Of a stretch of DNA of 64,000 nt, positions 9,190 through 19,278 are shown in pieces. The first letter of the stretch is position 1, and each line of letters opens with the position of its first letter. Under the pieces are notes generated by a model. The model ran no database searches. It saw nothing but the letters and a program-made list of their open reading frames with translations, and had not been told where the DNA came from. Source of the DNA: a virus. Its lineage: Duplodnaviria; Caudoviricetes. Position numbers and translations under genes: made by a program. The stretch lies in the IMG/VR virus record IMGVR_UViG_3300024297_000001; one strand, written 5' to 3'.

Positions 9190-9696
9190 TTAAAATAACT
9201 CTCCGTAGTCAATAGTTTCAATCTGTCTTGAAACATCTTTAATAAAAAATGCACATAACGGATTCTCACCTTCTGTAATTGGTACACTTAATAATTGACC
9301 ATTTTTAGTTTTAGGTACATGCCATTTTACATCATTATAAAAGTTTGTAACTTTTAAATCTGCAAAGTCTGGTTTGTAACTCTTTAAGGGATTAAAAACA
9401 AATGCTTCAAAACCTCTGTCGTTGATACTTGTCAACGGAAGTATTTCTAAGTCATTACCTGTCTCTGAATCTCCTACTGCAATATGCCAATCAAGTGGCA
9501 TACTAATCTCTTTGCCGTTAATCTCCATAACAATAGCCGGCGAACTAAAACTTTCTAAAAATATTAGAGGTATAAAAAAGAAATCAGGATTTTGAGGATC
9601 GCTGTTATCTAATACACTGAATCTAATATCTTCTTCAATCTGTTCTGGCAGGTTGTTAAGTGAAAAGGCTTTGTTATCTAACGTTAATATATTCAT
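9190..9696 (-). CDS. Hypothetical protein, possibly a degenerate Hint fold
   Basis: 168 aa directly downstream of uvsW; see findings. Confidence 0.6.
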   Translation of the reverse strand: MNILTLDNKAFSLNNLPEQIEEDIRFSVLDNSDPQNPDFFFIPLIFLESFSSPAIVMEINGKEISMPLDWHIAVGDSETGNDLEILPLTSINDRGFEAFVFNPLKSYKPDFADLKVTNFYNDVKWHVPKTKNGQLLSVPITEGENPLCAFFIKDVSRQIETIDYGELF

Positions 9697-9705
9697 TTTT
9701 TTCCT

Positions 9706-11166
9706 TTATTTTTGCCAATCTATTTTTTCAATAGTGAATGGATATTCTGCTTCTTTGTAAAACTTTTTACGTGATGTTAAATGTCTCTTTGCATATTTGC
9801 ATGTAGACGTAACGTCCCATATCTGTACAAAGTCCTTATCTTGTGCCTTTCTTATGCCTCTGCCAATTGATTGAATTACTCGGACAAAACTCTTGCCTGG
9901 CTCGAGTAAAATTAAATTAAAGATACGCGGTATGTTAATACCAACAGCCGCAACTCCATATGTTGCAATAATAACTTTGTTTGTACCTTCTTTAATTTCA
10001 TCATATGCATCTTTTCTATCTGCAAGTTTAACATCGCCTTTGACGAACACTGCATCTGGAACGAGATCCAATAGTTTTTCTCCTGCTGATATCCTATCAA
10101 CAAGTATTAGTGTATTACCTGATTGTGAAACAGATTTTACTAACTTACCAATGTATTCTAAACGACTTTCGTTTGTTGTTAGATACTTCAGTTCACTTTG
10201 ATAATCTCTGTGTACTTGTGTGTCAATCATTTGTAATATGTTAACATGACACTTACTCAATACACCTTTGTCTTGTAATTCTTTTGCACTGATGTTTCCT
10301 ATTACAGGACCTAAACTTGCAAGTATGCTTTGAAACTCAAATTGTTCCTTAGGTATAGTTCCTGTTAGTCCCCAACGTATAGGTGCATTCTTTAAATTTT
10401 GTGTTAGTAGTTTCTTAAGTACATCTGCTTTTGCTTGGTGTACTTCGTCAATGATAATAGTTTTCACGTCATCTAAAAACTCTGCAAGACTTAAAACACT
10501 TTGTCCGTCTTTGTTACGTTTGTCAAGTATGTTTAAACTTTGCCAAGTACAAATAGTATGTGTTCTACCTAATTCTTTTCTATCACCAAAGTATACACCT
10601 ACATCAAGTCCACAGTTAACATAGTCTTCTTCTGTTTGTGTAACAAGTGATTTGTTAGGAACAATAACCAACGTCCGACCAAGTTTCTCTGTAATGTGTG
10701 ATAGACATGCAGTAATGATTGTTTTACCTGCACCAGTTGCAACTTCTTGTAATGCTTGTGGATTGTCTAAGAAGTTATTAATTGTTTCTACCTGATAGTC
10801 ACGTAATACAATAGGCTGTCCTTCAAGTTGATGTCCTTTAGGCCAACTACGTGCCGCGAAATAGTTTTCATCAATCTTACTAAATTTTAAATTGTGTGTT
10901 TCTCTGTTGTCTACAATCTCTGCAACTTCAACACCTTGCTCATTCAATACCTTTAACACAACATCAAGATGATTAATGTAACCACTACCACCTAAACCAA
11001 AGAAGCCTACAGTGCCGTCCCATCTACCAAGTTTGTACTGTGGCAAGTAACGTGCATACGGAACTTGAAACTTTAGTTTGTTTGCAATCTTTCTACGAAC
11101 GTCAACAGATAAGTTTTCAACCTTAAAGTTTACTTCGTCATGTATTACTATTCTGCAACTGCTCAT
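9706..11166 (-). CDS. uvsW: UvsW-like SF2 DNA helicase
   Basis: LRDYQ, ATGAGKT, IIIDEVH, GLTGT and QSIGRGIR. Confidence 0.9.
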   Translation of the reverse strand: MSSCRIVIHDEVNFKVENLSVDVRRKIANKLKFQVPYARYLPQYKLGRWDGTVGFFGLGGSGYINHLDVVLKVLNEQGVEVAEIVDNRETHNLKFSKIDENYFAARSWPKGHQLEGQPIVLRDYQVETINNFLDNPQALQEVATGAGKTIITACLSHITEKLGRTLVIVPNKSLVTQTEEDYVNCGLDVGVYFGDRKELGRTHTICTWQSLNILDKRNKDGQSVLSLAEFLDDVKTIIIDEVHQAKADVLKKLLTQNLKNAPIRWGLTGTIPKEQFEFQSILASLGPVIGNISAKELQDKGVLSKCHVNILQMIDTQVHRDYQSELKYLTTNESRLEYIGKLVKSVSQSGNTLILVDRISAGEKLLDLVPDAVFVKGDVKLADRKDAYDEIKEGTNKVIIATYGVAAVGINIPRIFNLILLEPGKSFVRVIQSIGRGIRKAQDKDFVQIWDVTSTCKYAKRHLTSRKKFYKEAEYPFTIEKIDWQK

Positions 11167-12416
11167 ATGGCTTGTATTCCTGTCGTGTATGTGTTATCTT
11201 TGTGCCTTGTGTATCTTGAGATAATGCTATCTTCTGCTGTCCAAAATATTTTCAAATCAAATCTTTCTACGTATTCTCTTGCAACATTGTGAGATCCTCT
11301 TGAATTGCCAAGCACAAGTACACTTACTGGATCAAAGTCAGACTTTAAAATAGGTTTTGTTATTTTCTTTCGATTAGCAACAACAAGTCTTGTTGAATTG
11401 CTTATACTATTATTTAATGCCTTGTCCCTGACGAATTGGTTAAATTCACCATTGTTCTTATTGTCCAATCTAAACATAACGGATATATCTTGATTATGTA
11501 AGAAACCTTTAGTTGCATGATATAACATGCTTAATTGATCTGTTGCTGATTCAGGCTCCAACAATACAATACAAGGGAACCTGTTTAGTTCGTGTAGGCT
11601 TTCAAGCACATGATCCAATGACCATTCATTTGAATTAACAACAACTGAACTATTCTTTCTTTCTAAAATTTTGTGTGTAAGTGTTGAAACTTGTGGACAC
11701 GAAAAGTCTGGAAAATGATGTAAGCCATACAAGTAACGCTTGTCCCAAAGTTCAAGCATATTCTCATCTGGATTAGGATATCTATCAGATAACTTTTGAA
11801 TTAATATTTCATTCATGTTCTTAAATTGATTCTCATATATGCCTGGAACAATATTATCCTTGTTCATATCAAACTGTACAAGTTCGTCATAGTATTCTTG
11901 TACGTCCTTATCAATTTCAAAATCTTCTTTAAATTTATATGCAACAGTGCATACTTTGTAAATGTTTTGTTCGTTTGCTTCAAAGTGATGTGTATGCTTT
12001 TCGTAGTAGTACGTGTCGTCATTATCCTTTTTTAGATCTTGTACGTGTTCAATTACATCATTACTAAAAGGAAATCTTATGCTTACATAATCTAATTTAT
12101 TCTTTTGTGTAAACTTAACCCAATGACTTTTGTCTACTTGTCTGTAAGGTTCTCTAATACTGTCTACGTGTTTGGTAACATCAATATTTTGATTAGCAAA
12201 CTGCTCTGTGTAATATTCAAGAATTAACTTTTTAACAAGTTCGTGTTGCTTTTCGGTTAATGCAGATCCTTTGAATACCTGACGTGCAATGCTTGATAAG
12301 ACTTTTGAGTTGTCAGGATGTAATTGAAAGCATTTATCTTTCCAATGCTTACCCGGCAAGACTGTTAATCCTGCAAGTGCTTCTAATAAATCTTCAACTT
12401 TGTATTCGTGGTTCAT
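11163..12416 (-). CDS. Hypothetical early protein, co-transcribed with uvsW
   Basis: 417 aa with ATGA coupling to uvsW and a sigma70 promoter upstream. Confidence 0.7.
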   Translation of the reverse strand: MNHEYKVEDLLEALAGLTVLPGKHWKDKCFQLHPDNSKVLSSIARQVFKGSALTEKQHELVKKLILEYYTEQFANQNIDVTKHVDSIREPYRQVDKSHWVKFTQKNKLDYVSIRFPFSNDVIEHVQDLKKDNDDTYYYEKHTHHFEANEQNIYKVCTVAYKFKEDFEIDKDVQEYYDELVQFDMNKDNIVPGIYENQFKNMNEILIQKLSDRYPNPDENMLELWDKRYLYGLHHFPDFSCPQVSTLTHKILERKNSSVVVNSNEWSLDHVLESLHELNRFPCIVLLEPESATDQLSMLYHATKGFLHNQDISVMFRLDNKNNGEFNQFVRDKALNNSISNSTRLVVANRKKITKPILKSDFDPVSVLVLGNSRGSHNVAREYVERFDLKIFWTAEDSIISRYTRHKDNTYTTGIQAI

Positions 12417-12441
12417 CTGTGATTCCTATACTATAAAACTT

Positions 12442-12470
12442 ATTATACAGGATTATAGTAAAGAAGTCAA
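12442..12470 (-). promoter_or_regulatory. sigma70-type promoter
   Basis: TTGACT-17 nt-TATAAT, followed by an AGGA ribosome-binding site. Confidence 0.8.
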
Positions 12471-13283
12471 GTGTTTTATTGGGGTTCCTTGAGATATTTC
12501 CGGCACACTCCATTCCGTGTATGCCAAATTGTTAAGCCATTGTTCTCTATCAGGCATTAACGGATTGTTAATGTTGGTCAAACTTTTCATGCTCATGTCC
12601 CATGCAAGACTGCTTTGACCCGTGAATACAGGAATACCATTCATGACTGCCTGTGTTGCAGGATTGCTTGACCAATTTATTAAAGCATATACATCTTCAA
12701 ACTGTAAGTCAAAATCATCATAGGTGCCTGGTATTTGTTTTGGTGTTTGTACTTCTATGCCTGGTATTTTAATTTTGCAACGTGGGTGAGGTCGAACAAC
12801 TATTTCTCTGTCCGTCCACATCTGAACGCCTCGTATCATGTCAGACACGAACTGTTGTATTGGTGGCATGCCTTCCCATTGTTGGCTCTTGTCATGCTGA
12901 GTACAAATTACAATCTTACTGCCGTCAGTGTTCCAAGGTTTAAGTTTTAGTCCTAACTGTTCAGCACGATCACTTTTGTTATTACCATCTGGAAATACAG
13001 CATCTCCGTTTATACCATCAATACCAACCTTCCAAGTAGTGCCTCTAAACAATGCTCCTACTTCAAGTACAATAACTTTTTTATTTTGTTTTTTAAAATG
13101 ATCCCAAACGTTTTTGTTTGCTGACATTCTGCCATGCCATAACACACTCCATATAACGGCAACGTCTGCATCTAAGTTGTTATATGTAACTTCGTGTCCT
13201 AATGTGCTTACACCTTGTGCGAATGCTTCAAAGACAGGCTTTGAATTTAATGCACCATTGTGTGTAAACAGACTAAACTTCAC
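12453..13283 (-). CDS. GT-B protein resembling capsule-synthesis KpsC/KpsS
   Basis: IVVRPHP..NWSSNPATQAVMNGIPVF. Confidence 0.6.
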   Translation of the reverse strand: MKFSLFTHNGALNSKPVFEAFAQGVSTLGHEVTYNNLDADVAVIWSVLWHGRMSANKNVWDHFKKQNKKVIVLEVGALFRGTTWKVGIDGINGDAVFPDGNNKSDRAEQLGLKLKPWNTDGSKIVICTQHDKSQQWEGMPPIQQFVSDMIRGVQMWTDREIVVRPHPRCKIKIPGIEVQTPKQIPGTYDDFDLQFEDVYALINWSSNPATQAVMNGIPVFTGQSSLAWDMSMKSLTNINNPLMPDREQWLNNLAYTEWSVPEISQGTPIKHLTSLL

Positions 13284-14104
13284 CTTGCATCTTTCCAGTA
13301 TTCTTCGTGACGCTTTCTAAATAAATCTTGAAGTTTACTTTTGCCTACTTCTTTACGAGCACCTTTGAGATGATCAAAGTATGCACCAAGTTCTGTGTTA
13401 ATCAAAGGATGTCCTTCACCTTTAACAAGATGTCCACTAAGGTCTGTGATGTTAGGGTGTTGTAATCTAATCTTCTTTAACACTTCATCAAATACATAAC
13501 TGTCATGCCATTCTTCCATTTTGAAAATGCCGTTGTCTGCATCTTCATAGACACGTTCAAACTCTTTAAGAAAATCAATAGCACCTTGTTGTTTGATATA
13601 CAATGCATAAAATCCACACTCAGGCCATTTTCTACCACGTCCTAAATATGCTAACCAGTTTTGCTCTGGAAAGAAACTTACAAGTCTATCTTGTGTGATA
13701 GGACTATGACAAACTGTATCTCCGTCAATCCATATTACTAAATCGTATTCCGTTTTGGTACATGCGTCATACACTGCATACACTTTGTTTGCAAATCTAA
13801 TAGCGTCCCACTTAAACTTCTTGTGCCAATCACGTGGACGTCTTGCTTTTATCTCTGGTGGACATATACCGTTTGCTTTAGGTTCGTCTTTCCACTTTGC
13901 CTTAAACGCATTTAACTTTGGTAACACTGCTTTAGCATCTACAATCTGTATTCTTGTAGGTTGAGGATTAGTAGGTGTACAATCTTCTGTGTACACAATT
14001 AGATCAATCTGTTCGTCTACGTTTTGTGCAAACGTATCGATCATACGTTGACCGTACTGTTCTAATCCTGCTTGATGAAATGTTGTTAGTGCAAGTACCT
14101 TCAT
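13280..14104 (-). CDS. GT-A nucleotide-diphospho-sugar transferase
   Basis: WIDGD (DxD), ECGFY and WHDSYVFD. The likely start is ATG 14104 (ATGA overlap). Confidence 0.7.
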   Translation of the reverse strand: MKVLALTTFHQAGLEQYGQRMIDTFAQNVDEQIDLIVYTEDCTPTNPQPTRIQIVDAKAVLPKLNAFKAKWKDEPKANGICPPEIKARRPRDWHKKFKWDAIRFANKVYAVYDACTKTEYDLVIWIDGDTVCHSPITQDRLVSFFPEQNWLAYLGRGRKWPECGFYALYIKQQGAIDFLKEFERVYEDADNGIFKMEEWHDSYVFDEVLKKIRLQHPNITDLSGHLVKGEGHPLINTELGAYFDHLKGARKEVGKSKLQDLFRKRHEEYWKDAR

Positions 14105-15024
14105 GTGTACTGCCTCATGTGTCTCCAACAACTACCGTCCTTTAGTTCTTGTAGTGTCCAGTGACATTGTGCAAGTTTTTCAAGCCATGGACCTCTATCA
14201 AATTCATCTGGTGTTGCAAGATTTTTGAAATTATAATTAGCGACATCTTTTGCTTGACTACGTCCTGCATCTGTTAAGAAGATAGGAACACCTTCAATAG
14301 CGGCAATGATTGTTGGACTACTGTTATGTCCAACACACAGTCTTGCACCTTTCAAGTCTTCGAATATACTTTTGGTTCTACTAACAGTAACGTTCAAATC
14401 TCTTATCTGTGGCTCGTATGTATCTTTGTGTTTGTCGCCTGGATGAAAACGCACAACAATAGGTGCGTCAATGTTTTGTCTAATCTTTTCTACAGTTGCA
14501 CGTAACCATTGCAGTACATTTTGTCCTTGCATACTCCAACCGCCATTTCTTTGACAAGCAATTAAAATATGTCCTTCATTTTGTATACGCCAAGGTTTTA
14601 CATCAATGTTTAATGCATTTTTCATTTTCTGCCAACGCAGTTTATCAACATTCTCTGGACCGTTACAATATTCACCTGTGTTAGCAAAGATACCATCGTA
14701 ACTATAACGCAAATAAGTTTTGCTGTTGTTTTTATCAAACGCAAGAAATAAATTACTGTCAACAATAATACAACGTTTGCCACGTCTTAATTGATTATCA
14801 TAAACTTGTCTACGTAATTTTAAGTGTGGTGTGCTTTTACTGTTAGCATGAACAAAGCCTTGTATAACTGCAACGTCTGTGTCCATAGGATGATATGTGT
14901 TAATAATTAGTCCTCGGTCACCAATAAGATTCACACCTTCAATAAAATTTTTAAGCAGTGCTGGCTTTTCCGGATTTGAATTTCCTGGCGGAATTACTTT
15001 CATGTATGATGCTACTGTTAACAC
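14101..15024 (-). CDS. GT-B protein resembling KpsC/KpsS
   Basis: IVVRFHP..HNSSPTIIAAIEGVPIF. Confidence 0.6.
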   Translation of the reverse strand: MLTVASYMKVIPPGNSNPEKPALLKNFIEGVNLIGDRGLIINTYHPMDTDVAVIQGFVHANSKSTPHLKLRRQVYDNQLRRGKRCIIVDSNLFLAFDKNNSKTYLRYSYDGIFANTGEYCNGPENVDKLRWQKMKNALNIDVKPWRIQNEGHILIACQRNGGWSMQGQNVLQWLRATVEKIRQNIDAPIVVRFHPGDKHKDTYEPQIRDLNVTVSRTKSIFEDLKGARLCVGHNSSPTIIAAIEGVPIFLTDAGRSQAKDVANYNFKNLATPDEFDRGPWLEKLAQCHWTLQELKDGSCWRHMRQYT

Positions 15025-15842
15025 AATCCGTACTCCTCTATAATTGCTAATGCCGTTCCGTCTTCTAACTCCCTTGTGTTAAAATTACAGTATGCTAACC
15101 AGTTTTGCCAAGCAACAACTTTGTCAGGATCTGGTCTATATGGATTTTCAATGTCTGAAATATTTTTTGTACACAATGCATCAGCGGCGCCTGGTGCTGT
15201 AGCAATAGCAGGTATTCCTGAACTAATTGCTTCTGTTGCCGCAATACTATTGTAAGTTACAAGTGCATAAATTTTTTCACGATCAATTTGAGCAGGCACA
15301 CTATTATCACCTACACGTAATACTCTTCCTACTTTATCACGTACAATAATTTCTCTGTCTGTATGTTTTTTTAATTCTGCCATAGTTTCAGTTAACCATT
15401 GATCTCTGGTTATACCATAATACATACAAGGTTTTTCTGATGGCGTTACAACAAGAATAGGACCATTATGATTTTTCCAACCTCTAAATCTTAACTTGTC
15501 AATTGCTCCTGGCAATCTAATAAATCTATCTTTTGGCAAGTCCCACCTTGGACTAAAATGCTGTACATCATTCTTTACAACTCTATGCCAGTCTTTGCGT
15601 TTCTGTAAGTTGCCCATATACCCAGTGTCAATATAATAGAAAGTTCTGTTTTGTTCTGTAGCCACTTTCATAACTTTACGCTCAGTAAGACCTCTTACTA
15701 TAACAGGAGTATGTGGATGATCTGTATCTTTTTGTAATTCTTTTAAACTTGTAGGTATAGTTTTTTCAAAACAATTTGTTAATAGTTTAGAAATAGCATC
15801 ACTACTATCTGCTACAAAACATTCGGGGTATTTTTTATACAT
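15018..15842 (-). CDS. GT-B protein resembling KpsC/KpsS
   Basis: IIVRDK..YNSIAATEAISSGIPAI. Confidence 0.6.
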   Translation of the reverse strand: MYKKYPECFVADSSDAISKLLTNCFEKTIPTSLKELQKDTDHPHTPVIVRGLTERKVMKVATEQNRTFYYIDTGYMGNLQKRKDWHRVVKNDVQHFSPRWDLPKDRFIRLPGAIDKLRFRGWKNHNGPILVVTPSEKPCMYYGITRDQWLTETMAELKKHTDREIIVRDKVGRVLRVGDNSVPAQIDREKIYALVTYNSIAATEAISSGIPAIATAPGAADALCTKNISDIENPYRPDPDKVVAWQNWLAYCNFNTRELEDGTALAIIEEYGLC

Positions 15843-16521
15843 TTGTATACATCATGTCTGTTAAAAACTTTTTCCAAACACCGTGGTATGAACAATGTCT
15901 GTAATTCTCAAACCAAGGACCGCCTTCTGTATAGTGCAGTGCCTTTGGGGTTCCGTCTTCAGGTTCTTGGTACCAATCAACAAGCCAGTTCCATTCGTGA
16001 CTGATTTGTCCTACTTCCTCGTCCTTGAGCCAACTAAATCTGTGAAAGTATTTTCCATCGAAGTTAGGATTGTTTACACTGTCAATTGTTACTGCTTGGT
16101 TACTTGGATGTCCGCAGTTCCATAACACAACACTTGACCAGTTCTTACGTGGATATTGTGTTTGTACTTGTCCGTCCATCTTTGTTCCAGGCTTAGGTGT
16201 GTAATCATGTTGGGCACACATAACAGCATACTTGTCGTCTGCAAGATCAAATAAATTTTTTACATTCTCTGTAAACACAATGTCGCTGTCAATAAACAAT
16301 GCCCAGCCTTCGTAATTCATTAAGTGTGGAATAAGAAAACGTGTAAACGTAAATTCTGTACTTGCAAGTTTATCCTCGCCTCTCCAATACAACTTATCAT
16401 TTCTTAATTCGTTTTGTTTCAACGGAATCACTTCTGCTGTTGGGCATTGTGATTCAATGCTGTGCTTACAAACTTGATAAGCAATATCTTCTCTTGTATC
16501 GTAACCTACAAAAATTTTCAT
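15835..16521 (-). CDS. Glycosyltransferase, GT8-like
   Basis: IFVGYD, FTFTRFLIP, FIDSD, RKNWSS and LHYTEGGPWF. Confidence 0.8.
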   Translation of the reverse strand: MKIFVGYDTREDIAYQVCKHSIESQCPTAEVIPLKQNELRNDKLYWRGEDKLASTEFTFTRFLIPHLMNYEGWALFIDSDIVFTENVKNLFDLADDKYAVMCAQHDYTPKPGTKMDGQVQTQYPRKNWSSVVLWNCGHPSNQAVTIDSVNNPNFDGKYFHRFSWLKDEEVGQISHEWNWLVDWYQEPEDGTPKALHYTEGGPWFENYRHCSYHGVWKKFLTDMMYTNV

Positions 16522-16522
16522 T

Positions 16523-17272
16523 TTACCTTCTTTCTATGTCTTCTTCAATACACTTGTCGCCAAACTGTACTTCTAATATATGACAGTGTTCTTCTGTATT
16601 GTTGATTCCTTTGTGCCAAACATTTTTATCTATTGTGTATGAACGGTTAGCATCTAATTCTCTTGACTCTAATCTGCTTTCCCATTCTGTTTCAATAACA
16701 CACTTACCTTTCAACACATACCAGTTCTCACTGCGATGTTTATGTCGTTGCATTGACAAACTATTGCCAGGCTCTATTACAAGTTCTTTAACCTTATAAC
16801 CTTGCTGTTCATCAAGCACTCTATACCAACCCCAACTACGTTTCGTCTTTGGGTATTTGTAATTCTCTAAAATCCAACTACTTGAATTTATCTTGTCTGT
16901 GCCACCTACTCCGTATACAAATTCTATTTTGTCACCATACGTATCATACTCGGGTACGTTACCATCAACCCTGTCACCACCGTTAGCAAATACATACTCT
17001 CCTACAGTAGTAGCCATCAGTTTGAAGATTGCCCCACATGCTGTACCATCGCTGTCATCAAAACTTAATACGTTGTCAACACATTCAAGTTCACGTATGA
17101 TAGCAAGGCGTTCTGCAAATGGCATGAAAGGTTGACCCTTCTTTGCTGTCAACCACTCATCACTGTTTAGTCCAACAACCAGTTTGTCACCAAGTTTCTT
17201 TGCCGCTTTAAAGTACGCCAAATGACCTGAGTGTAGTGGATCAAAGCCACCTGTAACTAACACATACTTCAT
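16523..17272 (-). CDS. Cytidylyltransferase fused to a cupin (MPI-like) domain
   Basis: TGGFDPLHSGH (HxGH) and ANGGDR, then WGWYRVL..LSMQRHKHRSENW..WH. The likely start is ATG 17272, 5 nt after TAAATA. Confidence 0.85.
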   Translation of the reverse strand: MKYVLVTGGFDPLHSGHLAYFKAAKKLGDKLVVGLNSDEWLTAKKGQPFMPFAERLAIIRELECVDNVLSFDDSDGTACGAIFKLMATTVGEYVFANGGDRVDGNVPEYDTYGDKIEFVYGVGGTDKINSSSWILENYKYPKTKRSWGWYRVLDEQQGYKVKELVIEPGNSLSMQRHKHRSENWYVLKGKCVIETEWESRLESRELDANRSYTIDKNVWHKGINNTEEHCHILEVQFGDKCIEEDIERR

Positions 17273-17334
17273 AAATGTATTTAATTTAGTGCCAGATAAC
17301 ATTGTTTATTCCTGGTTGCTCAATAAGTAATTAC

Positions 17335-17928
17335 ATGGACACATTGAATTTATTTGTTAATAGTATCAGCAGAGTTACGTTTTCAAAACACAAAGATATC
17401 AAAAAATTATTTGGTAGAGTTGTTGAAGACTACCAAAAGCAAACCAACAATGTTAATATACAGCATATTAATACTTGGCAAAGCAAGGATAACTTTCACA
17501 CTAATAACGCCTTCAAACACATCAGCGAAAGTGATGATGTTAAGGGTTTTGTTAAGTCTATTACTGAAAAATTTGAAGTTAAACAAGGACAGCATATTGC
17601 TATCACCAGAGCACACATTCAAACAGTATTGCCAGGTGGTTGCTTAACTAAAACAAAAAACACAAATAGTTTTTATTCAGGTATGTACTTTGTAACCAGC
17701 GATCCAAAAAGTGGCGGACTTGTAATTGACAATCCTGTAAGTGAATATTACTTCAGTAAGATTCCAGTTGAAAATAAAAACGCATACAATAGTTGGCAAA
17801 CGTATTTGCCAATGCCAGAAGGCGAGATGTATTTTATTCCAGGATATTTAGATGTTAGTACTACACCTAACTTGAGTAAAACTAATTTGGATATTATTAC
17901 TTTTGATCTCGAAATAATCAAAAAATGA
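17335..17928 (+). CDS. TIGR02466-like oxygenase homolog lacking iron ligands
   Basis: NSFYSGMYFV and GEMYFIPGYL are retained but the His ligands are missing. The likely start is ATG 17335. Confidence 0.6.
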   Translation: MDTLNLFVNSISRVTFSKHKDIKKLFGRVVEDYQKQTNNVNIQHINTWQSKDNFHTNNAFKHISESDDVKGFVKSITEKFEVKQGQHIAITRAHIQTVLPGGCLTKTKNTNSFYSGMYFVTSDPKSGGLVIDNPVSEYYFSKIPVENKNAYNSWQTYLPMPEGEMYFIPGYLDVSTTPNLSKTNLDIITFDLEIIKK

Positions 17929-18350
17929 CAAACGAAGAAGTTCTAACACTAATCGAGAACTCAAATCAAAATAAGTTTAGCAATGTATTATTGTTACCCT
18001 TAGGAGATGATGTGTTAGACAAGCATATAGAACAATGGTTATTGGAACGTGTAAACGTGGTTAAAATGCCCGTGTATACCCCTGAATCATTAGAGTATGC
18101 TGTTGCCCGTGTAGACTATGCTTTGTGTACTGTAGGGCCCTTAAAATGCGTCTTAGACGCCAGTATACCTATGTTTATCAACATGCATGATACTGAGTTT
18201 GACATAGTAAATAAAGATAATAGATTTGTGTTTGATCCATTTAGAAATGAAGACAAGACCAAAATTGATTACACATCTGTATTAGATTTAGCAACCAAAT
18301 GTATAAAGAAAGACTTGGATAAACACTGGATACCATATTATGAAATGTAG
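17925..18350 (+). CDS. Hypothetical protein
   Basis: 141 aa with overlap coupling on both sides. Confidence 0.6.
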   Translation: MTNEEVLTLIENSNQNKFSNVLLLPLGDDVLDKHIEQWLLERVNVVKMPVYTPESLEYAVARVDYALCTVGPLKCVLDASIPMFINMHDTEFDIVNKDNRFVFDPFRNEDKTKIDYTSVLDLATKCIKKDLDKHWIPYYEM

Positions 18351-19278
18351 TGCATTTTGGAATCACACCAATATAAGAAGTGGCAATAGAGTCTATCCTT
18401 GTTGTAGATTCAAACGTTCTATTGCTACATTTGATGGCGACATTGACAACGTATTACATAGTACAGCCTATCAAGATCTACGTGAACAAAGTGCTAAAGG
18501 CGAATTTATTAAAGGCTGTGAAAAGTGTTTCTATGAAGAAAAGATAGGGCACAAAAGTTTACGTGAAGAATTTAATGAAAAATATTCAATGGATAAAGTT
18601 GAACTAAAGTTTCTTGAAATTGGGTTTGACAACTTGTGTAATTTAACTTGTGATGGTTGTAATTCAGAGTTTAGTACAAGTTGGATTGTAAAAGAAAAAG
18701 AAATTTACGGAGCACCTAAACACAAGTTAATGGAGATTGATGACGTTACAAACGTACCAGACTCGCTTGAAAAGATATTGTTTCTTGGAGGCGAACCATT
18801 AATTACTAACAGACATTTGAAACTTCTACGTCAAATAAAAAACAAAAGCCATGTTGAAATCATATACAACACTAACGGAACGTTTATACCTAATGATGAA
18901 GTTGTTGAAGAACTAAGGCACTATAAGAAAGTAACTTTTATCTTAAGCATTGATGGCATAGGTGAACTTGGAGAACGTGTACGTGGCGGAACTAAATGGC
19001 CTGACGTTGTTAAATTTATTGATTGGGTTCACGACAATATGTACACATTAGAATTTAATTCTGTGCTACACAAAAACAACTATATGGGTCTAAAAGACTT
19101 ACATGACTTCTGTACAAGATTTACAAACACACGTTGGTACATTAACGTACTAACATTCCCTTTTGATTTAGATATCAATGTCCTTGATGCTGATGCTAAG
19201 AATAGTATTATTAGTGATGCACGAAAATTAAACTTACCTAACAAAGATTTTATTATTAATCATTTACAAAAGAATTAA
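18340..19278 (+). CDS. Radical SAM enzyme with an N-terminal twitch/SPASM-like segment
   Basis: VYPCC..CEKC, then CNLTCDGC, GGEP and YNTNGT. Confidence 0.9.
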   Translation: MKCSAFWNHTNIRSGNRVYPCCRFKRSIATFDGDIDNVLHSTAYQDLREQSAKGEFIKGCEKCFYEEKIGHKSLREEFNEKYSMDKVELKFLEIGFDNLCNLTCDGCNSEFSTSWIVKEKEIYGAPKHKLMEIDDVTNVPDSLEKILFLGGEPLITNRHLKLLRQIKNKSHVEIIYNTNGTFIPNDEVVEELRHYKKVTFILSIDGIGELGERVRGGTKWPDVVKFIDWVHDNMYTLEFNSVLHKNNYMGLKDLHDFCTRFTNTRWYINVLTFPFDLDINVLDADAKNSIISDARKLNLPNKDFIINHLQKN

